Assembly (NCBI GenBank): GCA_951406725.2
Contig: OX597831.1
Location: forward strand, 74,648,001-74,712,000
Reading direction: 5' to 3'
Source: Octopus vulgaris
Lineage: Eukaryota
Length of the DNA stretch: 64,000 nucleotides
Part shown: piece after piece, positions 54,822 to 64,000 of the stretch
Layout of the letters: every line of letters begins with the position of its first letter
How positions within the stretch are numbered: position 1 is the stretch's first letter
Notes under the pieces: model-generated
The model's database searches: none
Seen by the model: the letters and a program-made list of their open reading frames with translations, nothing else
Told to the model about the DNA's origin: nothing
Position numbers and translations under genes: made by a program

Positions 54822-55419
54822 CGTGTGTGTGTGTGTACATGTGTGTGAGTATGTGTGTGTGCATAACTATAAAGTCTTCTGTCACTTGCAGTTAGAACCC
54901 ACCACCACTGTCTTTCCCGCTTATGTCGGTCACTGTGGTGGTTTTTGACCAATTGTCGCTCAGTCATCTTACATCAGACATTAAATTAAGTATTCTTCAG
55001 TCTGCGACGCTGAAATATTGCAGACGAACAACCAACCAACCAAACAAACAAACAACCAATTCAACACAACAAGCAAATAAACAGATATTTATATAAAAAT
55101 AAAAACAGACAAAAAATGGAGAGAAAACACGGTCGTCTGCAACTTCACAGTGTAATCCCTCGTGTATCTATAATGATAGACTGATAGATCGTATTAATGT
55201 ATCCGTGTTTGACAGATGAAGATGATATGGCTGGAGAATGAAGGAAAGAAGGAATGGAAGGAGGATGGGAATGGAGGGAAGGAGGAACGGAGGAGAGAAC
55301 GAGGAGAGTCGAGAAAAGGAGGGGAAACAGCATAAAAGAGTTTGTTATGCTCATATATGTGATGTTAAACATGAAAATAATTGTCGGGCGATGTGTAATG
55401 GAAATGTGCTACATTTGTG

Positions 55420-55450
<31 letters not shown>

Positions 55451-55546
55451 CCCAGAAAACATACATATATACACGCATTCATACATACATATATACGTAT
55501 ATATCTATGCGTACATACAGACATACATGAGCACATACATACACAT

Positions 55547-55585
<39 letters not shown>

Positions 55586-56169
55586 CATACATACACATAT
55601 ACATATACATATATGTATATATATATATATATATGTGTGTGTGTACATGTATGTATATGTATATATGTGTATATATATATATATATATGTATGCACACAT
55701 ATATATATACACACACATCTATATATATATATATATACGTATATATGTATGTATAAATATATATACACACACATACATGCATGCATACATACATACATAC
55801 ATACATACATACACATACATACATATAAAACCGTATACACATACAAGCACGAGTAAGTATATGCACACACGTACGTGTGCCTGTGTGTGAGTGTGTGTGT
55901 GTGTGTTAGTGTGAGTATGTAGGTGTGTGTGTATGTGTGCATGTGTGCAAATGACATTGTCACCATATTAATTGAAAAGCGCCGTGCTAAGTTTCTCAAC
56001 AATACTTACATCTTATTTTCTTCTCGCCATTTCTTAATCCCTCTCCGTTGTTACATTATTAATTTCCTACGATATCACTTCGATGTTATTTGTTAAAATC
56101 TGACATACGTTTAAATCTCTTCGACATCTCACTCATGTTTTTTTTTTCTTACACATTTTATTCTTTTAA

Positions 56170-56830
56170 TTTCCCTCCTGTGTTCTCCAAATCAAACACG
56201 ATTAAACTCAGTAAAACTACAATATTTGTTTTAATAATGTATACGTAAATCGCAAATGCGTTTTCCTGTCTGTCTCGCTTTGTAACATTAATAAACAAGA
56301 AGAGATAAGAAACAAGTGAGAAAAGCGAAATTTTTCTCTTACACGAGCTCCATATCAAAGCAAGATTAAATTCTGTTAATACTTCAGTGTTTCTTTACGT
56401 AAATAAATTCGTAAATCGTAAATGCTTTTTTTCCCGTTTGTCTCACTTTTCAACATTCTTCTAAATTGTAAAACGAACAAACAAGAAGAGGTAAGAAACG
56501 AATACCCGAGCTCCAAACCTCGTTTAAATTTAGAAGTACTAATTTTTTTGTTACACGAATCCCATATCTCGATTGACTTTCGAAATACTATCTGGTGTCT
56601 GCGCGCGTTGGCCCCGTATTTCCGGTATATGGCGGTGAATACTGACAAGCCAACAGCAAGAGATAAGAAACGAATGGGGAAAGCGAATCTTGTGTTACTC
56701 GAGCTCTAAATCAAAAGCGATTAAATTTAGAAATACTAAAATGTCTGCTTCAAAATATATAGACACAGTTCGTAAATGCTTGTCTGTCCCAGTTTTCAAT
56801 AAATATATATAAATAGCGGAAGATAAAACC
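56170..56830. repeat. Diverged ~180-bp tandem repeat, 3-4 units
   Basis: aaca..aagag.taagaaac recurs at ~56293, ~56480 and ~56652, each followed by cgagctc and ttaaatt. Confidence 0.7.
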
Positions 56831-56945
56831 AAAAGAGAAAAGAAGCCATTAATGAAGGCGAAATTTTTGATAGACGAGCGTCAGAATAAACAAAACAGAA
56901 ATAGGAACCAAAGAAAATATCAGAATAACATCAATGGAAATTATG

Positions 56946-57094
56946 AGGAGTGGCATGCTTCTCAACCACATGGTTCCGGGGTCAGTCCCACTGCATGGTC
57001 AAGTGTCTTCTACTATAGCCCCTGGCCGACCAAAGCCTTGTGAATGGATTTGGTAGACGGAAACTGAATGAAACAGGACGTGTATATATATGTG

Positions 57095-57169
<75 letters not shown>

Positions 57170-57412
57170 GTATGTATGCATGTATGTATGTATGTTTGTG
57201 TATATGTTTGTGTATATGTTTGTCCTTCCAGCATCGCTTGACAACCGATGCTGGTGTGTTTACCTCCCTGAACTTAGCGTTTCGGCAAAAAAGACACTGA
57301 CAGAATAAGTACTGGGCTTACGAAGAATAAGTCCTGGGATCGATTTGCTCGACTAAAGGCGGTGCTCCAGTATGGCCGCAGTCAAATGACTGAAACAAGT
57401 AAAAGAAAAGTA
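56946..57412 (+). mobile_element. SINE family A
   Basis: Core and tail collinear with 19377. Confidence 0.88.
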
Positions 57413-57529
57413 GAAGAAAAAATTGTATTTTCTATATTTTAACAAAATTATTAAATAAATGAAAATTAAACAAAACTGATTGAAATAATTACATTTTTAA
57501 AGGATAAAACTCATGTAAAATGCCGAGCG

Positions 57530-58277
57530 GTGCTGATTATGGTGTTAATAATGGTAACGTTAGTTTTAGTGGGGATGGTCGTGGAGGGAGGTAATGGTTG
57601 GGGTGTATGGTGGTGTTGGTGGTGGTGGTGGTGGTTGTTTGGTGGTGGTAGTGGTGGCAGTGGTTGTGATGGTGGTGGTGGTACCGGTGGTTGTTGTTGT
57701 TGTGGTTGTAGTGATGGTGGTGGTGGTGGGGTGGGGTGGGGATGGGTTGATGGTGGCGGTAGTTGTTGTTGTGGTGGTTATAGTGATGGTGGTGGTAGTG
57801 GTAGTGGTTGTAGTAATGGTGGGGGTGATGGTTGTAGTGATGGTGGCGGTGGTGGTGGTGGTGGTTGTAGTAATGGTGGGGGTGATGGTTGTAGTGATGG
57901 TGGCGGTGGTGGTGGTGGTGGTGGTTGTGATGGTGGTGGTCATCGTGGTGGTGGTGGCCGTCGTGGTGGTGGCGGTGGTGGTTGTGATCGTGGTCGCGGT
58001 CGTGGTAGGGATGCTGTGCTGTTGATGATGCTGGTTGTGATTGTGGTGATGGCAGTGTCAATGGTGATGATCATCGTGATAGTTGTGGTTGCAGTGGTAG
58101 TGGAGGCGGTGACGGGGGTAAAGGTGTAGGCTGTAGTGGTTGTGAGGGATGGGGGTGCTTGTTTTGGTGGTGGAGGAGGAAGTAGTGGCGGCGGCGGTGG
58201 GGTAGTAGGGCTTGTGGTTTCAATATGGTCATCAAAAGATTCGGCTTTCTTTGTGCTCTGGTTGTAGTAGTTGCTGT

Positions 58278-58334
<57 letters not shown>

Positions 58335-58744
58335 CGACGATGACGACGACGATGATGATGGTGACGACGATGATGATGATGATGATGATGATGACGAGGA
58401 GGAGGAGGAGGAGGAGGAAGAGGATGGTGCTGGTGGTGGTTGTGTTGCTGTTGCTGCTTCTGATGATGATGATGATGAAGATTATGGTAGCTTGAGCAAT
58501 GGTCACAAGAATTTGTCTTTGGGTGATGATGATGAGGAGGATGAGGATGAGGAGAATAGTAGTGATGATGAAGGTAATGATGAAGTAGAGGAGGAGAAGG
58601 AAGAGAGGAGGATGGTGGTGATGACGGTGATGATGATGATGATGATGATGATGATGGTGATGATGATGGTGATGATGACGACGACGATGACTCATAGTCT
58701 AGACAAAGTTGGCGGGGGTGTAATATTTAAGTAAAAAATAAAAT

Positions 58745-58840
<96 letters not shown>

Positions 58841-58846
58841 CATAAT

Positions 58847-58884
<38 letters not shown>

Positions 58885-58933
58885 TAATAATAATAATAAT
58901 GATAATAACAATAATAATAATAATGATAATAAC

Positions 58934-58980
<47 letters not shown>

Positions 58981-59020
58981 TAATAATAATAATAATGATG
59001 ATAATAATAATAATAATCAC
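57530..59020. repeat. (GGT/GAT/GAG)n array followed by (AAC)n(AAT)n
   Basis: Directly visible. Confidence 0.95.
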
Positions 59021-59364
59021 ACATACAAGAAAAATAACAAAAATATAAAATTAACTAAAAAGCTATAAAAAACCCCACAAAATCCAAACAACCAATCCAG
59101 TCAACCTTCACCCCAAACAACCAACCAACCCACCAGCCAGCCAGCCGACCAACCAGCCGACCACCGACAATGGAAATATAGAAGATATGTTGTAATGAGA
59201 TTAATGCGTCCAGAAATATCAAGTTGGTAAATTGTCTGGAATCCCGATGAAGTCTGCCAACTGGAACCGAAAGTTGGTGTTGGATATAGGAGATGGCTTA
59301 GAGTGTGTGTGTGCGTGAGTGGACATGCATGAACACTCACCCACCCAAGTCTCCCACCACACGC

Positions 59365-59422
<58 letters not shown>

Positions 59423-59807
59423 CCATACACACACACACACATATATACATATATAATTATATGCATATATATATACATATATATATATAACTATGTATGT
59501 ATATGTAAGTATATAAAAGTATATATATTTTAACACACAGACGCATATGTGTGTGTGTGTGTGTGTGTGTGTGTTAAAGATTTATTTTTATGTCAAGTTC
59601 TGTATATAACAATCATTCTTTAAACTAAAGGGTTGCTTAAACCATTTTCTTGAAGAGTACATATTCATTATGCTTTCCCAAAAAAAGTGGAGTGACTGTG
59701 ACTTCAAAGTATCGGCATAATACATACATACACACACACGTGTGTGTAGATAAATAGATATATGTTCATGTATATGCATATACACATAAATATATATATA
59801 TATATAT

Positions 59808-60258
59808 ATAACATAAGGGACTAAAGCCATCTGAATATGGCTAGGGACAGGGCAGGGTGGTGGGGGTGTTACTGTTGCATTTAGCCCCAGGCGAACATCG
59901 ACGTCACCAGAAAGGCCCGACACCGTCACGGTGTCCTTAACCTGCAAAGGGAGGTAATTCCCCGATGAAGCGGAAACCACACACGGACCATGGTTTCAAG
60001 GTGTATTGCCTATCGTCGGCGTGTGGTAGGCTTCCGCTTCCTCGACGAATTCTCACTCTGCAGGATATTCATATATAGATTTTCAAGCAAAATACATTTG
60101 CTGATTTCGAAAATCTGTTCGAAAGCAATAATAATTCTCTAAAAGGGATATAGACAGTAACTGCTCGATAACATAAGGGACTAAAGCCATCTGAATATGG
60201 CTAGGGACAGGGCAGGGTGGTGGGGGTGTTACTGTTGCATTTAGCCCCAGGCGAACAT
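59808..60258. mobile_element. Insert in (TA)n with 91-bp identical direct repeats and an internal inverted repeat
   Basis: 59808-59898 equals 60168-60258. Internal IR at ~59941-59986 versus ~60020-60065. Homologous to 7422-7735. Confidence 0.88.
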
Positions 60259-60516
60259 ATATATATATATATAGTGCATGTATGTGTGTTGTATGTGTGT
60301 GGTGTGTGTGGAGGTATATGTGTGTTTATGTGTGTGCACGGGTGCGTGTGTTTTTTCGTGTGTGTGTGTGTGGATATGTACGTATGTGTATGTATGTGTG
60401 CGTGTATATAGAAATAAAAGCAATAAATCATAAAGAAGTTAATGCAATATAAAATGGCGGAATGATAAGAAAACAAATGAAACAAGGTTGCTTTGTTGCT
60501 GGAGGTGTAGAAGCAG

Positions 60517-60762
60517 TTAATAGGAGGAGGGGGTTGTGTTCAGTCCGAGGGGAATAGTTGTCCGTAAATTAAAGATATACCGCTGCTCCAGGCGGAGTCG
60601 CGAGTGTGTGGATCCGTGCTGCAGAGTGAGGCCAAAGACGGAGATGTTAGACGGGGAGTGGTTGGCCTAGCGGAAGTGAGGGGCGACAGGGATGTTCGAA
60701 CGTAGTCGGACATCTAAGGGATGTTCGGTGAACCGGTCGGCCAGTCGGCGGCCCATCTGAAC
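60517..60762 (-). mobile_element. Neptune-like PLE GIY-YIG C-terminal fragment (not in the ORF track)
   Basis: QMGRRLADRFTEHPLDVRLRSNIPVAPHFR*ANHSPSNISVFGLTL...SRLRLEQRYIFNLRTTIPLGLN, matching the R..EH, PVA.HF and R...E...I..L.T..P.GLN motifs. Confidence 0.85.
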
Positions 60763-60774
60763 CATATATATATA

Positions 60775-62022
60775 TGAGGTGGACAAAATAATGGAAATAC
60801 CTTAAAATTTCAAATAAATTTATTTCAATATGGGGTAGAACCGCCTCTGGCACTAATTACAGCTTGAAATCTACGAAATATGAACTCGTACAAAGTTTGA
60901 ATGGTTTCCAAAGGAATTTTTGTCCATTCTTCAGCTAAAACAGTCTCCAGTTTTTGTAGTGATGATGGTAGAGGATCCTTACTTGTTTTTCTAAAATGCA
61001 CCATAAATCTTCAGTAATATTAAGATCTGGAGACTGCGGTGGCCAGATAAGATGTTCAACTTCACTAGAATGTTCCACGTGCCATTCAGTAACAACTTTA
61101 GATGTGTGAATTGGTGCATTATCATCCTGAATGATTGTGTTTCATTCTGGAAACAGTTCCGCAACAATAGAATGAATTTGATCAGATAAAATGTTTAAAT
61201 AATCTTGACTATTAATTCTGCCTTGAAGGGAAACCATTGGGCCGGCAGATTCCCAAGATACAGCCCTCCAGGTCATCACAGATCTTCCTCTATGTTTAAC
61301 AGTTGGAAGAAGGTAGTCTGAGTAAAATGCTTCTTTTCGCTGTCTCACATGGATATTCGGCCGGTGGTCGGAAATAAGGTAAAAGATGACTCATCCGAGA
61401 AAATAACATTCTTCCACTGCTCTAGGGACCAATTCTGTAGGTTTTTACTCCACTCTAAACGCTTTGCAACGTTTGTTTTTGAAAGTAGTGGTTTTCTGAT
61501 TGCAGCCCTCCCGTGAAATCCGGTTTTGTGCAGCTCCCGGCGAACAGGTTTTGTGGAAACTGGGTTCTCGAGGTGGTCATTAAGCTCTGCAGTAATTTTG
61601 AGAGCTGTACTTTTGTGATCCTTTCTAACAATTCGCGTATGAGTCCGATGGTCCCTATCTGAAAGTGCTGGTTTTCCTCCGGAGTTTTGTTTCGACAAGG
61701 CAGTTTTTCCCTCTTTCAGAAAGGCTGTCATTACTTTCGAGACAGTACTTCTTAATACACCAAAAACATTTCGGCTGTTTTCGTTACGCTAGCGCCTGCC
61801 ATACGAGCACCAACAATTCGACCTCTTTGAAAGTCATATAGATCTGTCATTTTAATGAATTTTAATTACCTAAAAAGAAATAGCAATTTTAGCAAAACAT
61901 ATTAAGTAAGACTAATAATATATCAAAAACCATAAAAATAAACAAGCTTTTGATGGTTTTATAGATATTTCAAAATTATGATGCTATGATGCTAGGTGTT
62001 TCCATTAGTTTGTCAACCCCTG
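60775..62022 (-). mobile_element. Tc1-family DD34E transposon, full length, inactivated
   Basis: ~27-bp TIRs (caggggttgacaaactaatggaaacacct) in TA context. ATG at 61850, then HTH region, WKNVIFSDES, TVKHRGRSVMTW, QDDNAPIH and WPPQSPDLNITE, with frameshifts and stops. Confidence 0.93.
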
Positions 62023-62329
62023 TATATGTACATATATATACATACATATACATACATGTGTGTGTGTGTGCGTGCGTGTATGTGTGAGTGTGTGAGTGTG
62101 TATAAAGTCATAAATGAAAGAGAAATAGATTGAAATAAATTCTAATATCACGACAAATTGTTTCGTAACTTAAAACAAGTTGATGAGTAGCATCATAAAT
62201 GAGTAGCAAAGGTGTACAATGAATTGACACCTGTAAATCTTTGTTACTCATTTATATGCATACATACACATACACACACACACACGCACACACACACATA
62301 TTATTATTATTATTATTATTATTTAGCAG

Positions 62330-62512
62330 TAGCATGCTGGGGGCACTACGCTGAAGAAATTTTAGTCGAATAGATCGCCCCCCCCTCACCAGTACTCACC
62401 ATGTTTAAAGCCTGGTATTCATTCTATCGTACGCTTCTGTCGAACTGCTAGTTGACGGAGACGTAAACAAACCAACACCGGTTGTCAATTGATGGTGGGG
62501 GGACAAAGACAC
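62330..62512 (-). mobile_element. SINE family A 3' half, diverged
   Basis: catgctggg, attctatcg and acaccggttgtcaa blocks. Confidence 0.7.
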
Positions 62513-62541
62513 ACACACACATACATACATACATACATACA

Positions 62542-62572
<31 letters not shown>

Positions 62573-62778
62573 CATTAATAGTAATGGTAAGACAAGAAAA
62601 TAATGAATGAGACCTCGATATTATGCAAATAGAGGAATTTATCTGTAAATGTAATATGTAACAATTATTCGGTTGCCATAATAAAACTACAGATTTCGGA
62701 TGTCGGAGCGGAAACCTGTAAATATATATACATATATTTACATATAAACGCAGATATACGTATACATACATACATACG

Positions 62779-62839
<61 letters not shown>

Positions 62840-63497
62840 TCACACAAACGCACACACGTAACTGATCCGGCAGAGATAACTACAGAACAGTTACAACTTG
62901 AAAAACAATTTAAAACGATTAAAGAAACAAACAAACATTCGGTACAAAAATTTGTTTTGAATGCGTTTTTCTCCAATTTCTCAATTTCTCTAAACTATAA
63001 TTAGCCGCCATACACTTTTGAACACAGAAAACAACAACAACAACAACATCCAACAGCAGAAGCAACAACAACAACTACAACAATATTTCCGTGTTAAAAG
63101 TAACTGACGATATCACTAGAGACTACGTGAAGGCGTGCGATAACACCCATAGAGTAATCAATATATTGCTATACGTACAGCTGATATCAGTTTGAAATAG
63201 CACGTTCCAAGTAATGAGATTACCAAACGTAAAGCGCCACCTAGGTAGCGAACTATAACTGAGGTTAGTAAAGATGGATGTCAACAACCTGTGCCAAAGA
63301 AATGAAACGTTTAGATATTATTAAAAAAATAAATAAAAACAACAAAGAAAAAATCGGTGCGAGGTGACTCAACGGTTTTCCACACACCGATCACATCTGA
63401 TGAAAATGATGATGAGGATAATGATGAAGACGATGGTGATGGTGGTGGTGGTGCTGGTGAGAATAATAATAATAATAATAATGATAATAATAATAAT

Positions 63498-63713
63498 CTT
63501 TTCTACTCTAGGTACAAATCCCGTAATTTTGGGTGAAGTGGCCAGTCGATTAGACCGACCGCAGTACGCAAACTGGTACTTAATTTATAGACCCCCATAA
63601 GGAGGCAAGGCAAAGTCGGCCTCGGCGGAATTTGAACTCAGAACGTAGAGACAGACGAAATACCGCTAAGCATCTTGTCCGGCGCTCTAATGACTCTGCC
63701 AGCTCGCAGCCTT
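63498..63713 (-). mobile_element. SINE family B; another copy begins at ~63955
   Basis: cctcggcggaatttgaactcagaacg...ctgccagctcgc. Confidence 0.88.
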
Positions 63714-64000
63714 AATGATGATGATGATGATGATGATGATGATGGTGGTGATGGTGGTGGTGGTGGTGGTGGTGGTGGTGGTGGTGGTGGTGGTGGTGGT
63801 GGTGGTGGTGGATGATGGTGATGATGATGATGATGATGAGGAGGAGGAGGAGGAGGAGGAGGAGGAGGATCATGATCATGATGATTTCTTTTATTTGCCA
63901 CCAGGGCGAAGGATGAGTGAGGACAATACAAAGACAGGCATAATAATAATGATCCTTTGTACTATAGGCAGAAGGCCTGAAATTTGGGGGGAGGAGGGGA

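Noticed and set aside
59855-59920. Pistol or twister ribozyme (gttgcatttagccccaggcg resembles the pistol pseudoknot segment)
   Set aside because: I could not build the P1 stem or the downstream GU/P2 strand; twister motif order is also not met.

Overview
Eukaryotic, AT-rich, gene-poor DNA saturated with microsatellites ((TA)n, (CA)n, (TATC)n, (TATG)n, (GGT/GAT)n). The SINE families look like those of octopus/coleoid cephalopods (my recognition, not a database result). I found no credible host protein-coding gene; nearly all ORFs in the track are translated simple repeats. The real content is transposon debris: (i) four Penelope-like element (PLE) coding fragments, three Naiad-like (one RT, two linker/GIY-YIG) and one Neptune-like GIY-YIG; (ii) L1/Tx1, R4/Dong, CR1/L2 and RTE LINE fragments; (iii) a near-complete Tc1 DD34E transposon, decayed maT/DD37D copies, MITEs and a non-autonomous Helitron; (iv) more than 25 tRNA-derived SINE copies. 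The most notable signal is about ten fold-back (inverted-repeat) inserts, mostly inside (TA)n tracts. Two of them carry minimal hammerhead-ribozyme motifs, and a third motif with a variant core lies just 3' of the intact Naiad-like ORF. One Naiad-like copy has TGA at a position that is Cys in its paralogue, a possible selenocysteine relic. All translations and alignments were done by eye, so boundaries are approximate unless a motif is quoted.
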